From positions 25,668,001-25,732,000 of the forward strand of contig OX597834.1 of the NCBI GenBank assembly GCA_951406725.2: DNA of 64,000 bases. Reading direction: 5' to 3'. This DNA is from Octopus vulgaris. Lineage: Eukaryota. The notes under the pieces are model-generated. The model saw only the letters and a list, made by a program, of their open reading frames with translations, had not been told where the DNA came from and did no database searches. Below are positions 12,921 through 26,932 of the stretch, piece by piece. The translations under genes were made by a program, and so were the position numbers. Position 1 is the first letter of the stretch; each line of letters begins with the position of its first letter.

Positions 12921-13324
12921 TACTCTTTTCTCTTTTACTTGTTTCAGTCATTTGACTGCGGCCATGCTGGAGCACCGCCTTTAGTCGAGCAACTCGACCC
13001 CGGGACTTATTCTTTTGTAAGCCCAGTACTTATTCTATCGGTCTCTTTTCTGCCGAACCGCTAAGTGACGGGGACGTAAACACACCAGCATCGGTTGTCA
13101 AGCAATGCTAGGGGGACAAACACAGACACACAAACATACATATACATATATATACATATATCCGACAGGCTTCTTTCAGTTTCCGTCTACCAAATCCACT
13201 CACAAGGCATTGGTCGGCCCGGGGCTATAGTAGAAGACACTTGCCCAAGATGCCACACAGTGGGACTGAACCTGGAACCATGTGGTTGGTTAGCAAGCTA
13301 CTTACCACACAGCCACTCCTGCGC
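12921..13324 (-). mobile_element. SINE family A, full length
   Basis: Reverse complement of 6568-6986. Confidence 0.9.
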
Positions 13325-13859
13325 TGCATATATATATATATATTAGTGTCTTCATTTTTTGTTTTATGTGTGTGCATGTTTGTGCCAATTTCCTAAAGTA
13401 AGAATAATAAGCAATTAAATACAGTGTAAGTAGACAAGCAAAACACATGGCTGAAAAAAATATAGAACACTGGAAGAATGTGTATAATGAAAATGAATAC
13501 ACCTATTAAAAAAAAATTGAAAATTTGTTTCAGTTTATACATGATGGAAAAGGAATGAGAGAGGCAAGAGAAAAGAAAAGAATTCATATCATAAGACACT
13601 TGGAATGGCTTTTTTTTAAAAACTATGTGAGAATAGAAAAATAAATAAACTACATCATCATCATTGTTTAACGTCTGCTTTCCATGCTGTCATGGGTTGG
13701 ACGGGTTGATTGGGTACTAGTGAAGGAAAGCATTTCTAAGTGGTCAGTTGACCTTTTAGAAATAACAGCTGGAATTTCCTTCAAATTATACCCTACCATT
13801 TTCAAACAAGACATATTGTATAATGCAATCATGTTTTGATCATACGTCACCTCACTTAA

Positions 13860-14059
13860 CCCTTTAAACAGGCCATATCTGGCCCAAATATTCTATCTGT
13901 TTTATATTCAAACTAACCAGATCTGGCCTTTCACACCATCCCTACAATAACATTCTAAAAATAAACTTTTACCTCATCAAAATCTCAAAGCTACAAGACT
14001 ATGCAATCATGTGGATAAATAGACATTACATTGTACAGCATAATGTGAACACCAAAGAG
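13860..14059. mobile_element. piggyBac-like MITE
   Basis: TTAA|CCCTTT...AAAGAG|TTAA; same family as 61020-61242. Confidence 0.65.
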
Positions 14060-14101
14060 TTAAGGAAGAAGCCTTGAGGCTAAACAATGACAGTAGCAAT
14101 A

Positions 14102-14480
14102 GTGGAGGCGCAATGGCCCAGTGGTTAGGGCAGCGGACTCACGGTCGGAAGATCGCGGTTTCGATTCCCAGACCGGGCGTTGTGTGTGTTTATTGAGCGA
14201 AAACACCTAAAGCTCCACGAGGCCTCCGGCAGGGGGTGGTGGTGGCGACCCCCTGTTGTACTCTTTCGCCCCAACTTTCTCTCACTCTTTCTTCCTGTTT
14301 CTAGTCCCCCGACTTCCTACGCAACTGCTGAGCCTGGATGCATCCGTCGATGCTCTCAGTGTCGGGTGGGTTGACCTGCTTTCTCTTCTGTAGGTCTTAC
14401 GAATAGCAAAGGACCACGTTTCGGACTTCTCCCACTAATGGGATGAAGACTGCTTCACTCAACAAACAAACAAACAGCAA
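14102..14480 (+). mobile_element. SINE family B head with alternative tail (type 2)
   Basis: Matches 9291 copy up to ...CTTCCTGTTTC (~14300), then unrelated tail ending (AAAC)n. Confidence 0.8.
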
Positions 14481-15009
14481 CAACAACAACATAAGCAACA
14501 ACAAAAACTGCAATGTCTCAATTCAGATATACGCTTCTGTAGTTATTACTGTACTGTGCTCTCCTTTGGTGCATTGGCATCTCTGCTAATTTGCATACCA
14601 TGAGGTCCTGCAAACAAAAGGTCCTTAAACCCAAACTAGCTAAACTAATTCATTATTCAAAGGGGATGGAGATTACAGAATATATTTGGCATTCTCTCTC
14701 CTTTGTGTGAAAAATGTCTTTAAAAAATAAAAGCTTCCAACTTCTAGTTTTATTACTGACCTGATTTTCAGTTGCCTGTTTCAGATATTTTTCTCGTCTC
14801 TTTCACTTTGGCTATTGATGTCTCCTACAAAGGCATGAATTTCACACACTCCCATTCTCTTCATCTTCATCATCCTTATCATCATCGTTTTAATGTCTAC
14901 TTTTCTGTGCTCTTATGGGTTGGACAGAACTTGTTGAGGCATGTTTTTCCTGCAGCCTGATACCCTTCCTGTAATATTTTCCCATGACCAGACATGTTTT
15001 TGTATGATT

Positions 15010-15670
15010 TGTTTTCAAATTTTGGCATAAGGTCAGCAGTTTGTGGGGAGGGATAAAGTTAAGTCAACCCCAGCACTCAACTGGTACTTATTTTATTGAC
15101 CTTGAAAGGATGGAAGGCAGAAATTGATCTTGGTGGAATTTGAACTCAGAACATAAAGTTGGATAAAATGCCTATTTCTTTACTACCCACAAGGGGCTAA
15201 ACATAGAGGAGACAAACAAGGACAGACAAATGGATTAAGTCGATTACATCGACCCCAGTGCGTAACTGGTACTTAATTTATCGACCCCGAAAGGATGAAA
15301 GGCAAAGTCGACCTCGGCGGAATTTGAACTCAGAACGTAACGGCAGACGAAATACGGCTACGCATTTCGCCCGGCGTGCTAACGTTTCTGCCAGCTCGCC
15401 ACCTGTTTCCAAGTAAAATAATATTTCCCCATGACCAGATATGTTTTTGCATGATATTGCTTTCAAATTTTGGCCTAAGGCCAGCAGTTTGTGGGAAGGG
15501 ACAAAGTTGATTAAATCGACCCCAGCACTCAACTGGTACTTATTTTATTGACTTTGAAAGGATGGAAGGTAAAATTGATCTTGGTGGAATTTGAACTCAG
15601 AACAAAAAGTTGGATAAAATACCACAAAGCATTTTGCCCAGCATGTTAATGATTCTGCCAACTTGCTGCC
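15010..15670 (-). mobile_element. Young SINE C (15172-15400) between two duplicated old C-like copies
   Basis: 14968-15171 and 15402-15620 are diverged direct repeats flanking a young C copy. Confidence 0.8.
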
Positions 15671-16051
15671 TTGTTCTTGAATAATACCCGGTCGAACCGT
15701 CCAACCTGTGCTAGCATGGAAAACGGACGTTAAACGATGATGATGATGATGATGATACAATGGGCTTCTTTCAGTTTCTATCAAATTCACTCACATGACT
15801 TTGATTGATCGAGGACTATAGGGACTGAACCTATAGCCATGTGGTTGGGAAGCAAACTTTATACCACTCAGCTACACTTCATTGTGAAACAAGGTGTTTG
15901 TGATGATGCTGTGGTAGTTTACTTGACTAGCTTTTAGTTTTGTCATTCTTCAAGTGATAACTTTATTCCCTTTCTCTCTGTGAAGCAGGTGAAATATATC
16001 ATATCAGTAATATCTACTAGGTGAATCAAATCAATTAACTATATAACTGAC

Positions 16052-16270
16052 ATTAAAATGAAAATGGTGTTCACCATTTTCAAAATGTTATTTTTTTATG
16101 AATATATTTATATGAATATATTAGACTCAGGAAGACATGAGACAAAGTACTGAAGGCCAATCTTAAGACACTAAGCCTTACAAAGGAGACGACATGTAAA
16201 TAAGAAGTTTGCTTCCCAACCATTCTGCTTGCTTACCACCGTATTAATTAATGATAATGGTTTCAAATTT
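16052..16270 (+). repeat. ~215-bp segment duplicated at 18995-19212
   Basis: Near-identical ATTAAAATGAAAATGG...GACTCAGGAAGACATGAG...GGTTTCAAATTT at both sites. Confidence 0.92.
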
Positions 16271-16995
16271 CATCATCATTATTTAATGTCTTTTCCATGC
16301 TGGTATGGGTCGGACAATTTGACAGAAACTGATAAGTCAGAAGGCTGCACCAAGCTCTGCTGTCTGATTTGACATGGTTTTTTTTTACAGCTGGATGCAC
16401 TTCCTAATGCTAAACACTTTGCACAGCGTACTGAGTGCTTTTTATGTAGCATCAAACAGCAGTGAACCCACCACCACTGCTGGTTTTCCGTAAAAGCTAT
16501 GTGATAAAAATTATATCTATAGGTCACCAAGTAACATGCAGGGGACAAGACTCCTCAACTGAGGTGTGTGTGAAAAGCATTGAGGGACACAAAAAAGGTG
16601 TCTTGCATTAGAGGGGGAACATGGTTGCCTCAGGTGGAGAGGGAGAGAAGATGGTGAGGATGTGATGGGAAGGGGCCAGGGGCCATTCCCCCAAGTTAAT
16701 GGGGTGGTGCATATAGTGAAGTTGGAGAGGGTAAGTTCAGAAGATTGTGAAAGGAGAATGGTAGATGGCGGGGGTGGGGGTGGAGAAGGTAATGAGTGGG
16801 TACAGGTAGAAGGTGGGAGGTAATAGGAGATGTGTAGAGGAAAGGTTCCACAGGGATATACTTTGTGCAGGTGGGTACATAAGGGGAAATGGAGGAGGGG
16901 GAATACAGTAGTGGTGATCAGGGGTGGGGAAGGGCGGTGATGTAGGGAAGATGGGCTATGGGGGGGGGGTGAAGGGGGAGCATAGACATAGGGAC
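16270..16995 (-). mobile_element. Long diverged family E element with G/purine-rich segment
   Basis: (CAT)n and GCTGGATGCACTTCCTAATGC tail; GTGTCTTGC...AGAGG block and purine-rich tract similar to reverse complement of 50530-51090. Confidence 0.55.
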
Positions 16996-17450
16996 AAGCC
17001 TTTATGTCTTAAAAGTAAGACAGCCAAGTTATAAGGTATTAAAGCACCTACCTGTTCATAGATTCTTGAGTTCAAATCCATTGCAAGTTACATTTTGAAA
17101 AACAACACTATATTCTACATTGACTGTTATTATTGTTTAACCCCAGGCCAGCAGACCTGTGATCAAGTGTTACACCCATGATCATTTAACCTTGTGTATC
17201 TAGAACTACAATCTCCAATGTGCTGCCCTGCCAATTTTTTTTTTTTTTTTGAGACTTTAGGCTTGTTATTGCTTAGCTTTAAATCAATCCTGGTCCAGCA
17301 GCTATCTATAACCAACAGCACTCCAACCATGGCAGTCTGATTTTGTTTTCCATCAGTATTACTAGGACATTTTTTTAGCTAGTAAGGCGTGGCTATAGAG
17401 AGTTTTGGTTGCTTTTCTAGTTTGTTTAGAGACTAGTTAGACATTCCCTC

Positions 17451-17452
<2 letters not shown>

Positions 17453-17499
<47 letters not shown>

Positions 17500-17550
17500 A
17501 TATGTATATATATGTGTGTGTATGTATATATATGTATATGTGTATATATG

Positions 17551-17614
<64 letters not shown>

Positions 17615-17681
17615 TTATATATATGTATTTATATATATGTATGTATATTTATATATATATATGTATATTTATATATATATG

Positions 17682-17714
<33 letters not shown>

Positions 17715-18237
17715 GTATGTATATTTATATACATGTATGTATATTTATATACATGTATGTATATTTATATACATGTATGTATATTTATATATATGTATGT
17801 ATATTTATATACATGTATGTATATTTATATACATGTATGTATATTTATATATATGTATGTATATTTATATATATGTATGTATATTTATATATATGTATGT
17901 ATATTTATATATATGTATGTATACTTATATACATGTATGTATATTTATATACATGTATGTATATTTATATACATGTATGTATATTTATATACGTGTATGT
18001 ATATTTATATATGTGTATGTATATTTATATATGTGTATGTATATTTATATACATGTGTGTATATATATATGTGTGTATATGTATATATATATTTATATAT
18101 ATATTTATTTATTTATTTGTTGTGTATGCTTGTGTATCTGTGTATACATGTGTGTGTGTATGTGCATGCATGTATATGTGTGCGTATGTATGTTTGGTTG
18201 TGTATTGGTTTGTGTGTGTGTGTGTGTGTGTGTGTGT
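17453..18237. repeat. Compound microsatellite with 20-bp minisatellite (ATATTTATATAYATGTATGT)n
   Basis: (TA)n start, strict 20-bp period ~17720-18050, (TG)n end; source of the spurious Y/I/C/V/M-rich ORFs. Confidence 0.95.
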
Positions 18238-18647
18238 AATTGCCAATCCCAGATTTATAAAAAATATTCATATATGAATTTCTGTTTTGTTAAGGACCTG
18301 CTACATTTCAGTATTGCAATATCATTTGTCTGTGAAGAGGAAACCCAGACATTATGAAGCAGTCTTTGCAATGATGCCATGTGAAGAATGTGTAATTTCT
18401 TTGGTAAACTTTACCAAAGATTATAAAACCTAGCTTTCATGGCATGATACTTTTAGCTGTGGATTCTTCATGAGTATGCTGAATGTAATATTGTTTGTGC
18501 ATTATCTCGATAAATATGTTATATCTGTGTGAGGGAAGTGCTGTTTAATATGAAAGCTATTGAAAGATATTTTTGAAATGTGAAGGTTAAAGTATGGCAG
18601 ATGTTGAAGTTGTTTAAGGATGAAGTTTGCTGAAAGAATGTGAAGTA

Positions 18648-18863
18648 TGGGGGTGCTGAAAAGTTCCTGGTTTTAGGTAAAAGAAAATACAGGAGGATCA
18701 GTTAATTATGGTTTTATTCAACATATTTGCCTCTCAGATTCACACACTTGTTGCATTAGTCCTTCAGTTTTTCTAAACCCTGCAAAAGAACTCAGAAGGT
18801 TGGGCCACTAACCAGGCCTTTTGCAATGCCCTTAAAGATAGGAACTTTTCAGCACCCTCCTTG
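18648..18863. mobile_element. Tc1/mariner-like MITE
   Basis: TIRs GGGTGCTGAAAAGTTCCT / AGGAACTTTTCAGCACCC, flanked by TA. Confidence 0.75.
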
Positions 18864-19416
18864 TAGGAGCATACAGGGATATCAGTGGTGGCAACCAAAG
18901 TGGATTTTGAGGAAATGTAAGGTTCCATAAAAATTATTCTGGGGTTTTTGCAAGATAAAGTATCTTCAAATGAAATTTTATGAAAATGTATTTTATTAAA
19001 ATGAAAATGGTATTCACCATTTTCAAAATGTTATTTTTTTATGAATATATTTATATGAATATATTAGACTCAGGAAGACATGAGACAAAGTACTGAAGGC
19101 CAATCTTAAGACACTAAGCCTTACAAAGGAGACGACATGTAAATAAGAAGTTTGCTTCCCAACCATTCTGCTTGCTTACCACTATAATAACTATGATAAT
19201 GGTTTCAAATTTTGGCACATGGTCAGCAATTTCAGGGGATGGAGGGATAAGTCGATTACATTGACCCCCCTCCCCCCGCCCAGTGCTCAATTGGTACTTT
19301 ATTTTATCAACCTCAAAAGGGTGAAAAGCAAAGTCAACCCTGGTGCAAGTTGAACTTAGAATGTAAAGATGGACAAAATGCTGCTTTTCTAATAATTCTG
19401 ATGATAAAATAACATG

Positions 19417-19828
19417 GGCGCAAGAGAGGCTGTGTGGTAAGTAGCTTGCTAACCAGCCACATGGTTCCGGGTTCAGTCCCACTGCGTGGCATCTTGGGCA
19501 AGTGTCTTCTGCTCTAGCCCCGGGCCGACCAATGCCTTGTGAGTGGATTTGGTAGACGGAAACTGAAAGAAGCCTGTCGTATATGTGTATATATATATGT
19601 ATTTATGTGTGTGTTTGTGTGTCTGTGTTTGTCCCCCTAGCATTGCTTGACAATCGATGCTGGTGTGTGTTTACGGCCCCATCACTTAGCGGTTCGGCAC
19701 AAGAGGCCGATAGAATAAGTACTGGGCTTACAAAGAATAAGTCCCGGGGTCGATTGCTCGACTAAAGGTGGTGCTCCAGCATGGCCGCAGTCAAATGACT
19801 GAAACAAGTAAAAGAGTAAAGAGAGAGT
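19417..19828 (+). mobile_element. SINE family A, full length
   Basis: Collinear with 6568-6986. Confidence 0.9.
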
Positions 19829-20959
19829 TACAGCTAGGTAGAAGTACTGCCAGTCCAAGGCAACCTGGATAAACATTATTCTTGTAGACATTTTGGCTTT
19901 ACATATAAGACCCAGAGCTATTTTGGAACCATATCTTTTTGGAGAAAAGAATGGGTCTTATATGCCATCAGATATGGTAATTATTTCTAATTAGTGATGT
20001 TGGATGATTTTCTCCAGCTGCTAAAGAATTGTCTTCATAACCTGCTGGCATTAACATAGCTTTGGGTGAAACATTTGCTGGTTATTTGTTTACAAGATTT
20101 ACAGACATTGTTTATTTAATACAACAGTTAGCCTTCCCTGAGCAAGACCAATGGCAGAAAGACTTTCCAGTTCTGACCATTCTGTCTTTTTTATATAACC
20201 AACACTACTGTATTTATTTTGAGATGCTCTGTGTTTCTTTCAGTAACTTTAAATATAACAAAGAATTTAGTGACATAACTTAGTTATCATTAAGCTAGTG
20301 TTAGGAACATAAAGTGTGACTAAGGTTTGGTGGAAGATTTTAATTCAAAACTTATGAAAACAAGACATTTGTATTACAGAGCCAGACCGGTTTCAGCCAG
20401 GTTGGTAATGAAAGGGTTAAGGCAATTGGTGAGAAGTAAGGAAATGTCACCTCTCTGCATTCTCTTCAGTTTCCATCGCTGGAGTGTTTGTGTTCTCGGT
20501 TAACAGTGAAATAACTGCAGTTTGCCTTTATCTACCAATCCTTATGTATAGGTGCTTGTCATATATTCCTGTTGTCTGGAGACTGCTTGGAGTGACAGAC
20601 TTCATTATGTGTCCACATTGGCCTCAGCAATCTAGCCACATTCATTTGGCTGACATCTTAAAAATTTAGAATGCTTTTAGGGTTAATGATATCTATGCAG
20701 TATGTCTTTATCAGGATGTTAGTGTGTATGTAGGTATGTCCTATATTTCTGTGCCTTTAGGGGCTTTAGGTACTGTTTCTAGTAGACAATTTCACCATCT
20801 GTTTGTAGTGTATTGTACATTATTACTGCCAACCTTGCTATATCTTTTCTATCTCGTCAGATTTTTAATTTTAAAAATACTTTTTTTCCCGTTTTTGTTA
20901 AGTCTGGGTAATCTGAAACACTGTGGTTATTATTTATCTCTTCTTTGTTAATATCAACA

Positions 20960-21241
20960 AAAACCATCGCCATCATTGCCGCTGTCATCATCATCATCAT
21001 CAGCAGCAGCATCATTGTCAGTACCTTCTACTGCTTTGAAGTGTTGTATTGTATCATCTGTTACATCTCCAACTCCACTGCTTTGCTACATATATACCAC
21101 ATTTAAACCATTTTTACGTCAGTCATCATCATCATCATCATTACCACCACCATCATCACTATCACCATGACAACCATCACCACAACTACCACCACCACCA
21201 CCACTACTACCACCATCATCATCATTACCTCCACCATCATT
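20960..21241. repeat. (CAT/CAC)n trinucleotide repeats
   Basis: Imperfect CAT/CAC/TAC runs; source of poly-His and poly-Ser ORFs. Confidence 0.85.
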
Positions 21242-21429
21242 AAAAGGGCAGTAGATTGCTAAAATCAGTAAAGTGGTGGACAAAATACCTTTTGGTATTT
21301 AACTATATCTTTTTATGATCTGAGTTTAAATCTTGCCAAGGACTAGTTTGCATTTAATCTGTCTGAAGTTGATAAAGAATGTACTTGTTCCAATAATGGT
21401 AGCCATATTCTTGTGCCAAAGTTTGAAAG

Positions 21430-21460
<31 letters not shown>

Positions 21461-23116
21461 GGTTTCAAATTTTGGCACAAGGCCAGTAATTTAGGGGAAG
21501 TTGGGGTCAGTTGAATACATTGATCCCCAGTGTCGAACTGGTACTTATTTAATTAACCTTGAAAGGATGAAAGGCAAAGGTCACTAAGTGTCACTAAGCA
21601 TTTTGCTAACAATTCTGCCAGCTTAGTAGAATCTCTAGAGCTTTGGGAAAAATGCTTTGTGATATTTGTTCTGGCTCTTTATATTCTGTGTTCACTGAGG
21701 TCAGCTTTGCTTTTCATCTTTCAGGGGTCAACAAAATAGCATACCAGTCAAATACTAGGGTCAGTGTGAGCAACGAACTTCTGTTATTTTTCTGCAAGAT
21801 GCCAGAATCGTTTTGCACACGTGTGTGTGTTTGTGTGTGTGTGTGTACATCTGATGTGTGTGTCTTTGTTTACATCTAGCACCTGCTTATTCAAAAGTCA
21901 CAACATCCATTTATCAATAAATCGCTCATTTCATGCCTTTGAAACCAAGTAAAATAAGAGATCTCTTACTTGAAAAACAGGTAAGGGTTAGCATCAGGGC
22001 AGGCATCCAGCTGTAAAACAATACTTCTATAACCTACAATAGCATGGAAAGACAGATGTAAAATGAGCAAATAAACTTTGGATAGATAAAAATTTTGAAT
22101 TAGAGGTCATTGTAACTGATATTTCTGGTTAAATTGCTTTCAATTGGAGACATTCCTGCTATGCCCACCATGTTTTTTTAAGATGGTAGCACCCCTTGAG
22201 GGTACTGAAGCTCACAAGCAGATCCTAGAAGATGGAAGTTCAGTCTATACACAGTCTGAGAACCAAAATGCCAAAGAAGGGTTCCATGAATATCTGGGGC
22301 ACTTTTTCTCTCTCTCTCTCTCTCTCTAAAAAGAACCCAAACAAATCCACAATCCCCTTCAATTTTGAAAAGATAACACCCTTTCACTTCCCTTTAGGGC
22401 CCCTAAACAGTCTTGTTCTACCTTAGAAAATTTGGGGGTTGGGGGAGCATACTCACAAGGAAACAGCAAAGTGGAGGAAGTACAAGTGGGAGATCCAGGT
22501 GTTTAAACAAGGTTCAATATTTAGATTTTAAACACAATTTCGAAAACAATTTTTTGCTGGGATTAAAATTTGAGTAGGGTTTTGTGTTATCAGCAGTCAA
22601 CAGAAACATGGTTGATGATGTGGCCAGATCCAATATAATTTTATAAGTCTTTGTGTTGTTTAATAATTTCCATAGAAATTTAACATAGAAGATGCTAGAC
22701 CACTCAAATACCTATAAAAAGAAAAAGGAGGGCAATTGTTAGATGGAATAGTATAAAAAATTTTGGCTGATAAACCACTGTGCAAAATTAGGTTTGATGT
22801 TTGATTACAGTTGATTCGTTGTCATCATCATCAACATTTAACAGTTGTTTTCCATGCTGACATGAATTGGATAGCTTGACAGAAACTGGTGAGGCTAAGG
22901 GCTGTAGTACCAGGTTCCATAGTTTGTTTTGGTTTGGTCTCTACAGCTGGACGCCCTTCTCAATGCTAACCACTCTACAGAGTGTACTGGGTGCTTTGTA
23001 CATGGCACCATCACCAGTGCTTTTTACGTGGCACCAGCACTCACACTAATGCTTTTTATGTGGTACCTTGGTTTTTAGATATCAATTTTGTTTTTATTTT
23101 TGTTTTTACATATTTA

Positions 23117-23593
23117 TTAGCTTAAAAGCGGCACTCTGTGCAGAGTTTTTAGCTAGCTCCTGTAGAGGGCTAATTGAGCCTATGGTGTTTGATCAGAAGC
23201 TAAGGACAGACGAGAATTAATTCTGTAATGCAATCATACTCTTGTTCTTGCCCCAATTTGAATTCCAACTGTTGGCCAGTTTGTCCCAAAGTTCTTACCT
23301 TGACATAAAATTAATGAAGCGAATGTCCTTTATCTCCCCCTTGATCTCTGGCATCATCTGACAAACGCCAACCAAGATGGCATGAATTGGCCAAGCATTA
23401 ACTGCTAAAAATAGCAACCCCAGTGTTTTTAAATCAGATCCCAATGCTGGATGTTCAAGAACCAAATGGAGGACAGATTTTCAATCTCGAGATCATCCTG
23501 AGTCCAAAAAGGTATAATACGACTAGGTAGAACATATATAGACTGAGATACAGGGGTCCCAGACAGACAGAATTTCGCTTTTATTATAATAGA
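23117..23593 (-). mobile_element. Non-autonomous Helitron-like element
   Basis: Minus start A|TCTATTATAATAAAAGC...CTGTCTGTCTG; 3' hairpin ACTCTGCACAGAGT then CTAA|T. Confidence 0.5.
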
Positions 23594-24769
23594 TATATTT
23601 ATTTGTGCCAAAATTAGAAAGAATTTATTTATTTGGCAAAACATTAGATGAGGTGTGTTTATAAAAAGCTTTTTAGTTGGAAAGAATCACTGAACTACAA
23701 AAGGTTGAGTACCACTAATCTAATGTACTCTCTCCTTATTCAAGATAGCAGGGGTATGATCTGAAAGAGGTTTGGCTGCTAGCTGGTTGAGCAACAATAT
23801 AGATATTGCTTAGTTGGCTTGTGGTCAGTGGAGCAAGAGAAAGTGGGTTGTTACTGTAGCTTTAAAAATGGTGTTGGTGGCTATGCAGAAGGGGTAGCGG
23901 CACTGGCAGTGTGGGTGGTGGAATTTGAGAAGCATTCATCTAAAGTTTGGAACTATGTTTAATGGGGCAAGAGTTAGGTAAAAGAGTTATGGTGAACAAG
24001 AAATTTTGTTTTCCTTCTCTCATAGAGAATCGGAAAGCCATGTAATAGGTGTAAGATTTCTGGAATTCTTTCTTTCACTCAATTTTTAGGAATTTAGGAT
24101 TTTTCTTCCTTGCTTTGGCTATTTTAGCAATTGGGTATATTTGAGATGGGTTGTTAATGATCTTTTCCAAGTTTTACAAAATATTTGTATGTCTGTGTAT
24201 CTGACTACTCTGTTTTTTTTTTTTTATTGCTGTTTATCCCAAGTCAGTCCTAATCAAGCAGATCTACTGATCAAAAAATTTACAAGTTCTAACCATTCTG
24301 CTGGATTTATTTTCTTGTCTAGACTAGTTGCAGGCAGGGCTGTCTGGTTAAGAAGCTTGCTTCCAATTCATATGGTTTTGGGTTTGGTCTGACTGTGAGT
24401 AAATGTCTTCTGCTATAGCCTTGGGCCAACCAAAAACTTGTAAGTGGATTTGGTAGACAGAAACTGAAAAGTCATGTATATACATACACATATATGTTTG
24501 TGTGTACCCTTGCCCAGGCATCATGTAATTGTAAACAAGCATCACCATCATACAAGCGGTGTTGTTGGTTTCCAGTCTTCCATGAAAAACATGTCTGCCC
24601 ATGAGAAAATGTTACCTACAATGTATCACCCTACAAAGTTTATTTAATGCTTCTATTATATTTTGGGAAAGCTTCCCCTTATCAAATATAAGATAGAAAA
24701 TAATCTAAGAAATTTCAGAAGGATTAAAAGTATGCTTTATATTTCCCTGAATTTCTTTTTTATTATTGA

Positions 24770-25405
24770 CTGTTACTTTATTTCATCGACCCTGGAAGGA
24801 TGAAACGTGAAGCTGATCTTAGCATAATTTGAACTTGGAATATATATTGACCCCAGGTACTTAATTTATCGATCCTCAAAGGATGAAAGTAAAGTCAGCC
24901 TTGGTGGAATTTGATTTCAGAACATGAAGAACTGAAAAAAAAAATTGCTGTTAGGCATTTTTCCCAACATGTTATTGATTATTGAAGGCACAAGGCCTGA
25001 AATTTGGTGGGAGGGGACTAATCAATTATATTGACCCCAGTGTTTCACTAGTACTCAATACCTCAACCCCGAAAGGATAAAAAGCAAAGTTGACCATGGG
25101 AGAATTTGAACTCAGAACGTAGCGATGGGCGAAATACTGCTAAGTATTTTGTCTAGCATGCTAATGATTCTGCCAGCTCACAGCCTTTAGTCCTTTCTAC
25201 AAAAGGCACAAGGCCTGAAATTTGTGGGGAGGGGACTAGTCGATTACAATGACCCCCTGTGTTCAACTGCTACTTATTTTATCGACCCTGGAAGGATGAA
25301 AGGCAAAGTCGAACTCGTCAGGGTTTGAACTCAGAACGTAAAGATGGGACTAAATGCTAGTGAGCCTTTTGTCGAGCATGCTAACAACTCTGTCAGCTCC
25401 CAACC
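24770..25405 (-). mobile_element. Cluster of about four diverged C-like SINE copies in tandem
   Basis: Repeated GAAGGATGAAA...GAATTTGAACTCAGAAC core at ~24790, 24870, 25065 and 25280. Confidence 0.75.
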
Positions 25406-26294
25406 CTAACCTTGATGATTATGATGATAACAACAACAACAACAACAACAATAATAATATTAATAATAATAATGAGGATAAATTTCCATGGTTTCATGGT
25501 GAAAACTATTCATCATAAACCGTTCATCTACAACTTCTATGATTCTCATTTGCTGACAGTCCAGTTTTCTGTTAATCTCTTTTGTTATTTTTCCCCCCTT
25601 TGTTTTTGTTTACTTTTTATGGATCTATATTCACTGCTGATTTATTTATTTATTTATTTCCCATCATATCAAATAAGCTATGTTATTGTCCTGACTGTTT
25701 TATTGTATTGCAATGTTGTATATTCATTTCATAGAATCTGTTTTACCCTTGGAGTATGTCTTTATTTTTTTTTTCTTCGCCCCCTGTATTGTGTGTGATA
25801 TTACAAATGCCGATATACTGTTTGTGTTGTTTTTTGTGTTGTTTTTTTTTGTGTTATTGTTCATGTTCTATTTTTATCCCATCCAATGATACACCAATCA
25901 TTATTGATATGGACTGACTCCCAGTCTCCACTTAGTTGCCACCACTTTTTCTGATCCTTATATTTCTTTTTTGTTTTTATTTAGTTTTCTGTCTGCTTTA
26001 TTGTGAGTCTTTTTTGTGGTCATGGTTCCTTATTTAATAGAAGTGTGTGTGTGTATTATATATATATAATAATAATATTAGGGAATAAATCCAAACTTAC
26101 AGGGAAAAATTAGATTTAGGATTAAATCCAATTTTATAGTATAAATATATTATATTATATTATATTAAATTAGAGATAAAACCACTATTAGGCAAATCAA
26201 ACAGTGAAAAACATAAGTCAATACATAAAATTAATTAAAAAATATAAAAGTTAAAAATAAAAAATTATTTAAATAATTTAAAATTATAAATTTT

Positions 26295-26605
26295 CACCGT
26301 GATCACCGTGACCGATCAGGCTATCAGATGTTGCTACTCATCACTGGTCACAATGCGCTTCACATTGTTTTAGCCTTCAAATGATGCCACCCCGCTGGCT
26401 AAGCAAGCAGGCCAACAGAAGAAAGAGTGAGAGAAAGTTGTGGTGAAAGAGTACAGCAGGGATCGCCACCACACCCTGCCGGAACCTTGTGGAGCTTTAG
26501 GTGCTTTCACTCGATAAACACTCACAACACCTAGTCTGGGAATCGAAACCGCAATCCTACAATTGTGAGTCCACTGCCCTAACCACTGGGCCATTGCACC
26601 TCCAC
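26295..26605 (-). mobile_element. SINE family B head with tail type 3
   Basis: B head (CCTAACCACTGGGCCATTGCACCTCC); tail shared with 40818-41090. Confidence 0.85.
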
Positions 26606-26633
26606 ACATACACACACGCATATATATATATGA

Positions 26634-26932
26634 GGATGCATGGCCTGGTGGGTAGGGTGTTGCATTCACAATTGTGAGATCATGGTTTCAATTCCTAGAC
26701 TGGGTGGTGCACTGTATTCTTGGGCAAAACACTTCATCTTACATTTCTCTGCGATCACTTCAACTCTTGATGTGTGGTACACTTGTGCACCTGTTCAGGC
26801 AACATTGATTTGATTGAGGGAGTGAGCTAATGTACAGCTCATACATTCGATCACTATAAGCAAAATCATGTGTGCAGGTTGTTGTGCAGGCTGAAGTTGA
26901 ACACTCACGTGTCGTCTTTGATGAGACAGTTC
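26634..26932 (+). mobile_element. SINE family H
   Basis: Collinear with 3023-3320; head-to-head with the B copy ~30 bp away. Confidence 0.8.

Noticed and set aside
17492-18357. Long ORFs of 247-287 aa
   Set aside because: Stop-free only because they are TA/TG microsatellite; low-complexity Y/I/C/V/M in all frames.
18332-18423. Open exon-like segment LQYHLSVKRKPRHYEAVFAMMPCEECVISL
   Set aside because: Plausible splice signals but no recognisable homology; expected by chance.
21049-21243. His-rich peptide
   Set aside because: (CAT/CAC)n microsatellite.
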